From Caecitellus pseudoparvulus (lineage: Eukaryota > Protista > Bigyra: Bicosoecida): a stretch of DNA of 64,000 nt. The stretch is taken from assembly GCA_965644315.1 (NCBI GenBank), contig CBFFRQ010000069.1, forward strand, positions 558,001 to 622,000, in the 5' to 3' direction. A program made the translations under genes and the position numbers. The notes under the pieces were generated by a model. It searched no databases and was not told the DNA's origin. It was given only the letters and a program-made list of their open reading frames with translations. Of the stretch, positions 35,401 to 48,300 are shown piece after piece. Positions within the stretch are counted from its first letter, which is position 1. Each line of letters starts with the position of its first letter.

Positions 35401-37303
35401 AGGGCTGTGCCCCAGCGCCTCCAGGACTGGTGGTCACCGCGGGTGCCGGAGATGCTGTGGGCACTGGGGCAGGGGTTGAAGAGGGCTGGACCGCTCCATC
35501 TGCTTGAACTTCCAGCGAATGAGGGTCGGGGACACGCAAGACACTGGGAGGAACGCCGACCTCTCCAATGTTTCTGGCGATGATGTCCGAGTACTTTGTC
35601 TGGCGGATTTCCTGCAAGAGGTCTGTTCCGATGTATGTTTCCCCATCCACCCCAACATTCGCAGTGTTCTCATACCAGAATCGATCGGCGTCTCGCGTGT
35701 TCAGGAATTGTTCGCGGATAATGGCAGCGAAAGTTGGCCCGACCAGCCCGCCTTGTACCGGCTCCTCAGCGAGCCCACCCACCCACAAGTCCACAGCGTG
35801 CACATCACCTGCATATGCCGCCTCCAGTTGCTGGGCGGCCCTTGCATCACCAGTGATGTCGGCAAAGGACGTGACCCGACCCAGACCGAGGCCAAAGCGC
35901 GTTGCAGAGTATGATGGGACGCCAAAATCGCGACCCCGCATGATGTCGATGGCTGCCAAGTCGAGACGAACGCCTTCCAGAAACAGCCGCGCATCGTCCA
36001 CCATGGTCAGGTCGATGCTAGACTCTGGCTGGTACACGAGGCCACGCAAGATGTCCCCGACTGTGCACGTGTCCAGGTATGAGGGGTTGAAGTACGCGTC
36101 GCGCAAAAGGATCGGTCCCCGTCTGTGCTCTTCACCTGTGGCCGTGATGGTCCAGTAGGCAGAGTTGATGCCGCTGTGCCCATACCGATACGCAGCGACG
36201 GCGAACTCCCCAGAGACGCTGGGGTCTACAGCTGAGCTGTATCCCGTGTACGGGGCCAGTGGCTCTCCAAGGAGCAGCGGCAGGTATTCTGAGTATGTCA
36301 CATGCTGCAGCAGGGCGATGACCCGCTTCCTTGCTTCGTGGTACAGGCGGTTGTCGTCCCAGGTTGGGTGCGCTTTCGCCAATTCATCACACTGCCTGTT
36401 GTGTTCAAGCACCCACAATCCTGTGACAGCAAGCAGACCCGGGTTTTCGTTGCCACGGGGGTCTCCGGTCAAGCGCTGCCTGGAAGAATCGATGTGGCCG
36501 TGCCCAGCCATGGGGAAGCCCCACGCATTGCGAGGGACGCCGTTCGCTGCATCGCTGTGCAGCTTCCCTCCTGAGAATGATCGAATGTCAGCGGAACGGG
36601 CGTCACCGTTCCCGTACACAAAGCTTGCGTCCAGGAAGGCGCTTGCCCCGTTGACCTGCTGGCGAGGGTTGCTGGGCCCAGTGCCAGTGGTAGGATCCCA
36701 AGCATTGCGCTTGACACTGATCTCCGTGACTACCGTCTGGCAGTGGGGGTTCCACCACTTGTCACATGCCGTTACAGGGACGGTCATGATTTCTACAGGT
36801 GAAGCCGCGGAGGTGAGGACAAGATCGTGCGCTACGGCCTGCCCATGCGCCGCCGCCAGATAGCTGGCTTTGTGGGTATTGTAGGCAAACCGCTTGGCAG
36901 AGAAGAGGGCATTGCTCTGTAAAGGACGGAAGGGGTAGGATCAATGCACTCCGGCCTAAGAACGGCGTGGTAAGGGCTACGTGTTTCGATTGGGGGCGTT
37001 TCTATGTCCTGTCCGCTTCCAACAGCTCTCCACCCATTTGGCACCATGGGGACTTACGATGTCTCTGGCATTTGGGCCGCTCACTGGGGTACTTGTGCCA
37101 TCTGAGTACGAAACAAGGTGTGGAAGCAAGCGCCCAAACTGAGCTCCTGTTGCGCCTTTGCCAGCGTGGGCGCCCCGATTGTTCGTTGACCCAGTGACGT
37201 CTCGGTACTGGAAGGCGCTGACGGTGCAGCAGGCCAGGAGCAAGGCCAAGCCGACAAGGGAGACTCCGTACCGAATGAATGCCAAGCATCTGAGGTGAGC
37301 CAT
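32420..37303 (-). CDS. Heme peroxidase-DOMON-cytochrome b561-cytochrome b5-FAD/NAD(P)H reductase fusion (~1580 aa); exons 37303-37058 and 36916-32420
   Basis: Signal peptide; peroxidase (HGQAVAHD, GDPRGNEN, AAYRYGHS, RDADRFWYE); DOMON (WFAWGIGSGM...YGFHG); 5 TM helices with 4 His (YHG, YHR, AHA, AHK); b5 (VYDV...HPGG...HS); FNR motifs RSYS, GLVS, EGPHG, AQGTCMAPF and VCGS. The intron GTAAGT...TTTACAG is phase 0. Confidence 0.92.
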
Positions 37304-37606
37304 GAAGATTGTGTGCCTCGAGCAACCCTACTGCGGTGGTGTGAGAGTGCACTTCCGCTGCGTTGCGAAGCGGCGTTTCCCCACCAACGGCGTCAATCCA
37401 AGGCAGGAAAGCTTGCCGTCACGGAGTTCAGGTGGAAAAGTCAAGCCGTGATCTTGTTTGCCTCCTGGGGTCGCCCTGCGAATTATGGGATTTGCTCGAT
37501 TGGCACACTTGTGCGGGCGAAGCTGCTTGGCGAAGACCCGCTGTGTCTCACAATCCACTTCCCTCCTCTCTCCCCCTAAAGCTGCATGCCACGCGTTCTC
37601 ATTTGA

Positions 37607-38622
<1,016 letters not shown>

Positions 38623-38687
38623 TGCAGCCTCGTGCCCAGCGCCCGAGTCCTTGTGCCAAGGCAGTCGACAGGGACCAATCCTGCATT

Positions 38688-39423
38688 TCAGTCGGACTCC
38701 TCTGTATCAAAGGCACTTCCGGAAGACTGAGAGGATGCGGACTCTGATCCGCTGGCAAGGTCCTGCTCGGCCAGAGTGCCAGCTGCTCTGGCGCCCCGTC
38801 GGCGTTTTCGTGCGCTGCTGGTCAGCACGTTGCTGGCGTCTATTCCATCCAGCTCCTTCTTCAGCAGGTGTGCTTCCTTGGCTGCCCGGATTTCAGCCTG
38901 GGTCGGGTGTTTGCCTTTGAACTGTGCCCCTGCTTCCCGCAGGCGTGTGGCCAGCTCTGCGGCGTACGCTGCGTGGTCTTCTGGCAAGTCTGCAAATAGC
39001 GAAGGGCCGTACCCCCCTTCAATGCATAGCTGTCGTAGTGCTTTGACGCTGCGAGGGACGTCCTTTGCTGTGTCTGCGGCTGGTGCCCGCGCCCGCTTGG
39101 TGCCCCTGGGCTGCGCTTGCTCTTCGCGTTCACTGCTGCTGCTGGCAGGAGAGCCTGCATGCAGGCGCGAAGACAATGCCACTGCGGAGGACTTGACCAT
39201 GTCTCGCCACGGCCCTCGACTTTCAACGTCAATGCCCAGCCGTTGTGCGACAGCGCTACGAAGCTCTCCGAGCTTGGTGCTGCGGCAGGAAAGGTGCAGG
39301 TCCTGTGCACGGCCCAGACGCAGAGTGAGTTCGCCCTGGTTGCACACACCAGGTTGCGAAGAGGTCTTTCACTGCCGTTTCAACCTCAAGCTGTGTTGGT
39401 TCTGCATGATCTGCTGCAGCCAT
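38688..39423 (-). CDS. HIRIP3-like histone chaperone (DEK_C-like N-terminus, CHZ-like C-terminal motif); one intron near 39.28-39.35 kb
   Basis: MAAADHAEPTQLEVETAVKDLF...KLGELRSAVAQRLG, and PTQAEIRAAKEAHLLKKELDGIDASNVL...RKRRR with an acidic tail. Exact splice sites are uncertain. Confidence 0.7.
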
Positions 39424-39887
39424 TGTGGACTCGCGATGCTCTGGGCCAGCCAAGGCGGCGTTTGAAGGCAACTGGTGCAAGTTCCCGCTTCCCGCGCGCT
39501 TTTGCAGGTGTTCTCGAGGAAGCTGGATCGTACTGGAAGCTTGGCTGCTGCAATTTGAGCTCGGCGCTGCCCTGCTTCTCGTGCGTGAGCCTTTGCCGCG
39601 AGGTTTGCCGGAGGGGGTTTCAGCAGCGTTTCAACCACCTGCTGGCGAGACGCGGCAAGCAAGACCAAGGCCACTGCCCAGTCACAATGCAGTAAGACCG
39701 CCAAAGTGTTTAGGTCGAAGGGTTTGTGGCCCGCACTTGCATGTGCCCACATCACGTCCTACACAAGCAAGCACCCTTGTAGTCGAAAGTGACCCTTGCT
39801 CCGTATTCCACGAGAGCCACGCAAGCAAGGTGTCGCATGGCAAGCAATCGACGACTGGGTGCTGCAGCTGCTTGATTGGCTTCGAGC

Positions 39888-42811
39888 ATGGAGGAAGTCA
39901 CCGTGGTACGTGGTGGCAGCACAAGCTTGTTGGTTGCCAGCGCCACCATTCTCGGGCACCCCGTGGCTGCAGAAGCATTGCCTGCGGGAAAAGGGACTTG
40001 GCAGCGATGGATGCCAAGAGTTGGAGTTGAAGGGCATGCGTGTTACGTCATTGGAGGGCTTGGAGGAGGTAAGAGCTGCGCGAGTTGCTGAGACGCGGAG
40101 CATTTTCCGCAAGCTCAGCCGTTGCACATTCCCAGGTGCCCAGCTTGACGACTCTGGACTTGTCATTCAACGAGTTGAAGTCAACAGATGGAATTCAAGT
40201 GTGCCGGGGCCTTCGTCAGCTGCGCCTTTACCACAATAAGCTCTCAGCGTTGCCCGGTGTGGACAGGTGCGTGGACCGGTGACTGGTTTGCCTCTCCCAT
40301 GCTTCAGGCTTTCCTGCATCGCTCCACAGGCTGCGCTCTCTGGAGCATGTCATGGTGCACTTCAACGAGTTGCGGGATATCAGCGCCTTTGGTCAGTGCC
40401 GATCACTGAAGACTCTCCGGGTTGATGGAAACAAGCTGGGAGGTCTGCCCCACCTGCCAGCGCTGGGGAAGCTGGCCAGTCTCAATGCCAGCAACACCGC
40501 GCTTGACTCAACCCGGGGGCTCGGCTGCTTAAAAGGTCTGCGGACTCTCCGTCTGAACCGCAATGCCATCCAGGACCTGGGCGAGGTTGTGGGGCTGCTG
40601 CACTTGGAGGAGCTGCACTTGTCTGGCAACCCCCTGCATTCACTCGCAGGCCTGCAAGGCCTGCGTGCTCTCACTACGCTGCACCTGGATGACTGCGGGC
40701 TGTCTCACGACGCCTTTTCAGTGGTTCCCACCATGGATTCACTGCACGAGCTATCCGTGTCGGGAAACTCCATCAGCGCCCTCGCTCCATTGCGGGCAGC
40801 TTTCCCTTCCCTCCGCACGTTGCACGCTTGCGACAACAGCTTGGAGGTGCTGCAAGGCCCTGAATCACACACTTTGCGCATGTTGGCGTCCTGGGATCAT
40901 CTGTCCGAGCTGAGCTTGGCGGGAAATCCCATTCTGTCACAGCGCCCGCTTGCTCCCCCTTCCAGCTCGCCGGCACCCGCCGAGTCTGCAGCGATCGTGC
41001 CAGGTCTGCAGGCGTGGGACGCTGCCATCGCTGCGTGGGTGCCGTCTTTGTGGGTACTGGACGGCTTGGTGGTGCGCCAGTCTGACCTCGGCACCCCTGA
41101 CGGCGACCAGTCTCCCGCCACGCCAGACTGGGCGGCAGAGCAGCACTCCATGCTGCAGGCTGGCCTCCCGACCCTGCCTTCCTCTCGCCTCACGGCCACG
41201 GCCCAAGTGCTGATGCAGTCCATGGCCAGTGCACGTGGCAGTTCGCAAGGCATGCGGGATGGCGTGGCGGCAGCGGCCGCCGATGCCGCCGCCTCTGCAG
41301 AAGCGCTAGGGATTCTCAAGGGCACAGGCAGCGATGCTCCAGGCAGCAGCCGCATGTCAGCCGCGGCTGCAGCCGCAGCGAAAGCAGCGCAGCTGATGGG
41401 CACCGCAGACGCTGATCGCATGCAGGAGACGTGGCAAGCTGAAGCACACCGTGTGAACAGCCGGGTGGCTCAAGAGGTGGGCTCGCTGCGACGAAGCCTG
41501 GCCAGTGCCGGGGCGGAGCCGGCCCCACCCCCCCTTACAAGTGCCCAAGACATTGATGATTTGTTTGAACAAATCCGCCTCCGGCACATGCCCGCGTTCC
41601 TGCGGGACGAGAGTGGGGAGAGCAGTGGTGGTGAGGAGGAAGACTCACGTCTGTCTCCGACAGCAGCGCCGGAAAGCGCTGAGGACACACTGACGCCGCG
41701 GGGCAGCCACTTTACCGGAGGGCACATGCATTCGGATGGTGGCGTGAGCGAGAGCAAGGTGGGCATGCCTTCGGGTCCAGTGCCAAAACTGCCACTGCCG
41801 GAGGCGGCGCCTGCCGCAGCTGTGCCGGAGCAGGCAGCCGCCACTAGCTTGCTGCACATCGGGGAGGGCAGCAGCAAGGTGGACGAGACAGTGTCTACCT
41901 TCATGGATGCCGTGTTTGCTGACGCGGCGGCCACGCTGTCGTCGGGGCAGGCTCCGGAGCGGCCCAGCACGGCCCGAGCCGCTGAAGCGGGCCAGCGAGC
42001 AGCCAGTCCCCTGGTGCAGCCTGCCGAGGGCAGGGCATCACCACTCCGACAACCAGGCGCGGAAAAACCCGCTGGAAACAAGTACTTGAAGTACTTGAAC
42101 TCGGGGCGCGGGCGCAGTGCGGGGGGGCGACGCCCAGCCACTGCGGGCGAAGCAGGAAGGGCTGTGCGGACTGAGGCAGACCCGACGCGGCCATCCACCG
42201 CACAGCAAGCCCCTCGCGAGCGTGCCCCGGCCAGTTCTCACGCCCCTTCACAACGCGGCGACGCATGGGTGGGGGAAGGGGACAGTGCACCCCAGGGCAC
42301 ACCCTCTTCTGGTCGCCGCCGGCGCGGGGTGCTGGCAGCAGCATTGCAGTACGCTCGAGGCCACAGCCAGGTGCCAGGCAGCACCGAGCAGGTATCAGCC
42401 CCTGCCGCACAGCCTGCCTCCAACCCCTCCCTCAGTGCGCGAGGGCGGGGAAGCGTGCCTGTGGGCTTGCAGGGTTCCGGGCCTGTGCAGGTGGTGTCCA
42501 CGCCATCGTCCCGCACACAAAGGCGAAACGGAGCCAGCGCCCAGGCTCGACATCGTGACACTGCCAGACAGGTAGCCAACAGGCCAGAGCTCTTCCAGTG
42601 GGCGGAGGGGGGGTCTGGGACCTCGGGAAGTGCCGGTGGCTTGCCAACTGGCGGCCGCCGGGAGCGGCCTCTGTCGGGCCGAGGGCGCCGCAGCACGCCC
42701 CAGGCCGCCCAAACAGGACCGGGACGCTTCGCTCAGTCTCTGCAGCCACAGGCAGCGCCCCGTGGGGGCCTGAGCCGGTTTTCACTGCCCCGCTCACGAA
42801 GCAAGGCATGA
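39888..42811 (+). CDS. SDS22-like leucine-rich-repeat protein with long disordered C-terminus; 3 short 5' introns
   Basis: LRR consensus repeats (LTTLDLSFNEL, LRQLRLYHNKL, LRTLRLNRNAI, LEELHLSGNPL) joined by GT-AG introns; LRR cap LWVLDG. Confidence 0.82.
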
Positions 42812-42821
42812 GCAGCAGCAC

Positions 42822-44141
42822 TCACGGCTTGGGCCGACGCAGGCCTGCGACAAAGTCACGAAGGGTGCCTGTGCCTCGTCGTGACGCGCCGCTGTCCCCC
42901 CCACCACGTGCTGCGCCAACGAAGGCATCAGTCTGCCCAGCGACTGCGTGCGGGCGGGTGGCCACAGCCTTCAGGAGAGTGGTGGCCATGCTTGGGTAAT
43001 GGCGCTGGACGAAGGCAATGCACTGCGCATCGCGAAAGTTCCACGGGACGTACAGCGTGAACGTGCTCGGCACAGCAAGGTAGGCTGACCCCAGCACCAC
43101 CCGCACGCGCTTCCAAGGTAGCTCGTGCAGTTTCAGCGCGGCGAAGTGGCGAGTGCAGAGCCCCGTGAAGCGGGCGATGGCAGAAGCCTGCTGCGCTGGG
43201 GTGAGGCCAGAACACGAGACAGAGCGGGTCACGAAGCGCCCCACTGCTGCATCTAGCTGCTTGGGCGACAGGTGGCTTGCCTGATGAAGCGGAGTGGCGC
43301 TGCCTGTCATCCACTGGCCTTGGGAGGCGGGGTCATTGTAGTACAAGTGCTCCAGGACCATGCGATCTGCGGCGAATTGGGAGGGTTGCGGCTGACCCTG
43401 GCGGCGGCCGGACCCGTCGTTTGCCGTGGACCCCTGGCCCCTGCCTGTCCCCCCTCCGTGGTGGTCCCGCAGCACCTGCACCTGCTCAGGGCTGAGCTGC
43501 AGCGACATGCCGCGGAACCCCACACGGCGCAGGATGGCATCGATTGCAGTGGTCGCGACCTGGAGCCACTCAGTAGCCAGGGGCATGCCTGCCGACTGCT
43601 TGGAGGGCAGCTGTGTGCGGTACAGCAGGGTGGACGGCACCTTGAGGGAGTATGTAAAGGACAGCAGCTGAGGGCGGCCCTCACTGTCCAGCGGCGCGTC
43701 TCCTTGCTGAGCGACATATGCTTTGAAGGTGGCAGGGGCCGGGAGCTGGTCGGCACGGGGTCGCACTTTTCTCCCGGCCGAGCTCGCTGCGGCCTCTGCC
43801 GCCTTGACAAATGCCAGCAAGTGCGACACAGCGGCTTGATTGGCTTCCTGCACCTGGCTTCCGTACTGCTGCACGACATCTGGATGGATGCGCAGTATGG
43901 CCTTGCGCACGTAGCTTTGCAGTTGTTTGAAAGAGTCGATGTGTGTAGGAGTTGGGCGCGTCGGGTTCGATGCGGAAATTGATTCTGGCCCTGAGCACAT
44001 CCATCTGGCCTGGGTCACACAGCTCCGTGGCAAGGTTGGCGGAGATGGGAATGGTGCACAACAAGGCTTTACAAGGTGCAGCAAGCAGGGTGCGTGTCGC
44101 CTGATGGTGCGCGTCGCGAGGGCGAGCCTGACTGCAGCCAT
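42822..44141 (-). CDS. Putative mitochondrial DUF4460/TCAIM-like protein
   Basis: Arg-rich transit-peptide-like N-terminus (MAAVRLALATRTIRR), the J-domain-like VRKAILRIHPDVVQQY...NQAAVSHL segment and a LYVPWNF motif near the C-terminus. Confidence 0.65.
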   Translation of the reverse strand: MAAVRLALATRTIRRHAPCLLHLVKPCCAPFPSPPTLPRSCVTQARWMCSGPESISASNPTRPTPTHIDSFKQLQSYVRKAILRIHPDVVQQYGSQVQEANQAAVSHLLAFVKAAEAAASSAGRKVRPRADQLPAPATFKAYVAQQGDAPLDSEGRPQLLSFTYSLKVPSTLLYRTQLPSKQSAGMPLATEWLQVATTAIDAILRRVGFRGMSLQLSPEQVQVLRDHHGGGTGRGQGSTANDGSGRRQGQPQPSQFAADRMVLEHLYYNDPASQGQWMTGSATPLHQASHLSPKQLDAAVGRFVTRSVSCSGLTPAQQASAIARFTGLCTRHFAALKLHELPWKRVRVVLGSAYLAVPSTFTLYVPWNFRDAQCIAFVQRHYPSMATTLLKAVATRPHAVAGQTDAFVGAARGGGDSGASRRGTGTLRDFVAGLRRPKP

Positions 44142-44180
44142 GCCGCACGCAGCACTTTCATCCGTCACTGGAGGATGGCC

Positions 44181-44520
44181 CACTAGTAATTTGCAAGTTC
44201 AAAGTGTTTTTTACTAAGTGAGAATCTTGTACTAGTGCGAAGACAATGGAAAAATATCGTGCTAGTGTGAGCATGAGGGTCAGTGTGCACGCAGTCAGCT
44301 GTGCTAGTGTCAAGTCCGTGCTAGTGAAGTGCTTGAAAGCCGCAGAGGCGATGTGAAATACTAGTGTGCTTGGGGTTTGCCAAAACTGCACATCACCCTG
44401 TTCACTAGGGGTGGGTTGTGCGCTAGTGCGTCAGACCTGTCCAAAGCGTCGCTAGTGTGAGCGCGGTAGGCAGGATTCACGAGGGCCAGCTGTACTAGTG
44501 AGGTGAGCTGTACTAGTGCA
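44181..44520. repeat. Left subterminal motif array (RCTAGTG)
   Basis: About 11 CTAG cores in 340 bp, mostly gtgctagtg, gtactagtg or cgctagtg. Confidence 0.85.
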
Positions 44521-45039
44521 GCAGCAAGCTCGAGCTGACGTTGTGGGTGGAGCAGACCTCTCTCGTACACACACCAATAAACACAATGTTGGTGCAGTCT
44601 TCGACTCTGTGTGCCATCTTCATCGTTGTCTCACAACTACCACGGCTTTTGTTTGGACCATGATCATGCTATCGGGCTAGGAAGAGCCCTGCGTCGACTG
44701 GTGTGGCGTTTCGCTTCTAACGGGTTCTCCGCGCCTCTCCCATGCGGAACCGGGTAGGACTCCCACCAGGTCCCCGGCCCCTGGAAAACCTACCATGACT
44801 TATGCTTAGGTTTGGCCGGCCCTGGCGCCTTGTGGTGGGCTTGTGCTAGCGGTGTTGGACGGCTTCGCCGTGATGCAAGTGCCTGGCGCACGCAGCTTCG
44901 CAACGTTCGCTGCCACAAGACAGGCTCGGTGCATTGGCATGGATGAAATGTGAGGGAGGCCTGATGAAAGGTGGTCCATCCGTGCTGCAGCATGGAACTT
45001 CTCTTGTCAGCCAGCGTGTGGCGCAAAGCTCTCACAAGC

Positions 45040-48000
45040 TCAGTGCTGCCGCGCTGTGATGGTCGGCAGCCAGAAGAGAACCGGGTCACCATCCGGCTCC
45101 TCTGTGTAAGTGTGCCCCTCCACTACTGTGGGGTGAACCACCGCTGGAGCGATGAGAACACTGCCACCCACTGCGTTGGCTGGGGGGGCGACATCCAGCG
45201 GGTTCACGTACTTCCATCCAGCTATACATGCGTGGGCCTCGTCTGGGTGCAAGAATGTCCCCAACAACACCACCTCCTCAATCGAGGCATCTTTCTCATG
45301 GTCCTGGGGTGCATCACCAACAAGAGCAGCGACAGCACGGAACAACCCACTCCCAATGGCTGGCGCGGCTGCCCCTTGTTGCTGCTCCTCACGCACAACC
45401 ACGAAAGCGGGGAAGCACAGCGTCGACGTGTTCCCGCCTGGGAAGCACATCAAGACGGTGCTGCACAGCCGTACTTGTCCCACCATCCTATCTCCAGTAC
45501 CAACTGTGCTGGAGACGCTCTGCAGCATGGTATTCACGTCCCCTAGAGGTAAGACCCCATCCAGAGACATTCCGGCCACGCAGGGCTCCAAGGCTGCGCG
45601 GATTGTGCGGGCCAGCCCACTGTCTTCCCTGTCGAGCAGTTGCCAGACAGTGATTGGTGATCGGAGGACCTCGCGAGCCTTTGTTACAGGGGACAGGTAC
45701 GGCATCTCTGGCAGCGGGCTGCCTTGCAGCAGGCAAGCAAGCTCTTCCCCAGCCACCTGTGATGAGGCGCTCGTCACCCATGCCTCGCTTACCAGCATGT
45801 CTCGGCGGATGGATGCGTACGTCAACAACTTTGGCATATTGGCTGCCCCAAACGCAGAGTTGCACAGCTTCCACAGGCGGATGAGAGCGGGGTGCCGGCC
45901 CTCCCCGTTGTCAGTGTCCAGCGCTGCAACTACCCCAAAGCCTGCCACAGCTGCAGGAAGGTGCTGTATCTCGTGGGCCTTGGGATAGTGTGTGCTGGTG
46001 TCGCATGAAAAACTACTCCCTCCGGACTTGGAGGCTGCCTCTTGCACAAGCTCAGCGATCAGCTCCTGCGTGCCAACCATCCGAGCTAGCCAAACCTGCA
46101 TGCCAAGCAGGGCCGCTTCGTCCAGTGTGTCTCGCACATACATGTATGCCTGTACTACCAGTGTACAGTGACACAGCACTTGCACCATGGTGTGCAGCTG
46201 GGGATCAGCAATAATGTCTTGGTTGTGTCCGACGATGAGTGGCAACCACTGCGCCCTGCTAACGCGCTCGGCCGACCGCATCATACCCCCAGCATTCTGC
46301 CGCCATGGCAGTGCTCTTCCTCCATCAAGCCGAGTTCCGTTTATGGTCACACCCTTGACGGCCTCCCATCGGCTTTTAAGGAGTGCTTCCCTCGCAGCAA
46401 GTCCTGGACCGACAGTCATCGCAGCTAGGACAAACCTTTCGCAGCGGGCCGCTACAGCCCCCGTGTCGGCCGCGTGGATGGGATCTGGAGGCCTCAGGAA
46501 GCACAGCCGGGTTCCTAGTACCTTCTCAGCCGCTTCCCACGCGCTGAGTGCCCCTCTGCGATGTCCAGTGGCCGCGGCTGCCTCATCGCTGCCGGCTCCC
46601 TCTCCCCTACCCTGAGCTGACAGTGTTTCAGCGATGCCAGCGAGGACAGCTGTGGACCGGGGACACAGCGACACTGCACGCACCGCCGATGGAGCAAGTC
46701 AAACTGATCCCACGCTTCCACCATGTCCGCCGACAGCTGGATAATGCAAGGCATCATCTGCACATACTCCACCAGCTGCCTCGGGCGACTGTGTGCGGTC
46801 ACCTGTGACACCCTGTACCCAGCAGACTTCAGTGCAAGGGACTGCTCTGGAGTCACCTCCTTGGGAATGCCGCCCATCTTCTGGATCGCGAGCAAGGGTT
46901 GGAGGACAAGGCTCAAAACCATGGACTGTGCTGCTTGTGCTGTGGCCGCAGCCGAAGTCAGGCCCGCCTCTCGCAGCACGTTGTCATCCTTGGGAAGTCT
47001 CTTTGGGCTCGGGGGCATGGCGAGCAATGTTGCCCTGTGCGCCTTGCGCATGGAGGCAGCATCCCCCGCAAGCGGCCAGAGCATCATGGGATACAATGCA
47101 TGCTTCCCAGCCCCATCAGGGTGCACTTCGTCCATGAAAATGACCAGCGGCATGGATAGCGCCCCGCGCGCCTTGGCGCGTTCAGCCGCATTGCGCAGGA
47201 AGACGCCATTGGATGGATGGCTCCATGTCTGTCCTGCCGCCCCAGCTTCGGATGGACGGAACTGTTTTTCAACGCTGACCGGATCTCTGAGGCTACAATG
47301 GCCAACCTCGAGGGGGGCAGGGAGCGAGATCTCCCCACCGCCCGGTAGCTGCAAGGCGTCCTTCATGCGTCTCCAATGCGCTGTCGCCAGCCCGTCTGCA
47401 AAGTGGAACTTTTCTTTCACCTTCATGGCAGCGCTATTGTGTGCTGGCAGCTTAAGTGTTGATGGGAACCACTCTGGACTGGCGACGCCACCTCCTCGGT
47501 GAGGGGCGAAGTCCTCCAGTGGTACTTCGGCAGCCGTGCGTATAAGCACGTCCCACAGTGGCATGGAAGGCACTTCGCACTGTCCACCTGCCAGTCCCTT
47601 GGGTAAAGGTACAGTGATGGAGATCGGGGAGGGGGTTCCTTCCGCGGCGATCTCCAGCAGCTTGTCGATGCTTGGCACCATGGGACACTGTGGAGCTGTG
47701 CGATGCTCCTGACGAAGAAGCACCTCAGAAGTCTTGATCGTCTTGTTGTGCTCCTTGATGATCTCCGTCAGCACACTCTTGCTGGCGTTGAAGCGCAGCA
47801 GACACTTGAGTATGGTCCGGCCCATGCCCCCTCCAATGCCTCCACCACTACCCGCACTCTGTGCTGACAGCCGATCAGCGTGCGCTATGGCTCTGGCGAC
47901 CAGCTCGGTGTGGCGTGGAGGGATGTGCTTTGCTGCTCCGGGTTGCTTTCGTGGTCCCCCGGTTGGCTGGGGAAGAGCTGGCTGTGCCATCTGGGCTTGG

Positions 48001-48300
48001 ACGGTGGCGGCGACAGGCTCAACAACCAAAGCAAAGGGTGACCCCCCCTTGTGAGTGCCCGGCTGCCATGCGCTTGGCACCCACATCATGTTGAGGCCGC
48101 GCCGCGGCTTGCTGGTGGCGCTTGCGTTCAAGGCGAGTAGTTCGAGCTTCTGAAGCCAGCCGCTCCTGAACCTCACGAAGCCGTTGGACTTGTGCTTCTT
48201 TGTACGCCTTCATCCGCCTGCGACGACAATGGACCATATGGCCGCCAAGAGCTCGTTCGTCGTCGAACTCCTTGTTGCAGAGCTTGCAGCGGGCGCTCAT
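45040..48300 (-). CDS. Plavaka/CACTA-like DDE transposase with N-terminal C2H2-type zinc finger, split over three frames (breaks near 48045 and 46515-46683)
   Basis: CKLCNKEFDDERALGGHMVHC; PLVIFMDE...LYPMML...MRKAHRATLLAMPP; SADMVE...RCVQC; PDPIHAADTG; YPKAHEIQHLPAAVAGFG...DTDNGEGRH. These match the Plavaka-type motif order. Confidence 0.78.

Noticed and set aside
32420-37303. Calling the fusion a canonical DUOX/NOX
   Set aside because: It has no EF-hands and no NOX HPFT-type FAD motif. The membrane part looks like DOMON-associated b561, followed by b5 and an RxYS-type FNR.
44181-44190. CACTA at 44181 as the true element terminus
   Set aside because: There is no matching TAGTG terminus at the equivalent right-end position, and the better perfect inverted match lies 22 nt further out.
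44181-44520. CTAG motif array as a CRISPR-like or guide-RNA array
   Set aside because: The repeat core is only 6-9 bp with irregular spacing and is mirrored at the other element end, which fits subterminal binding sites better.
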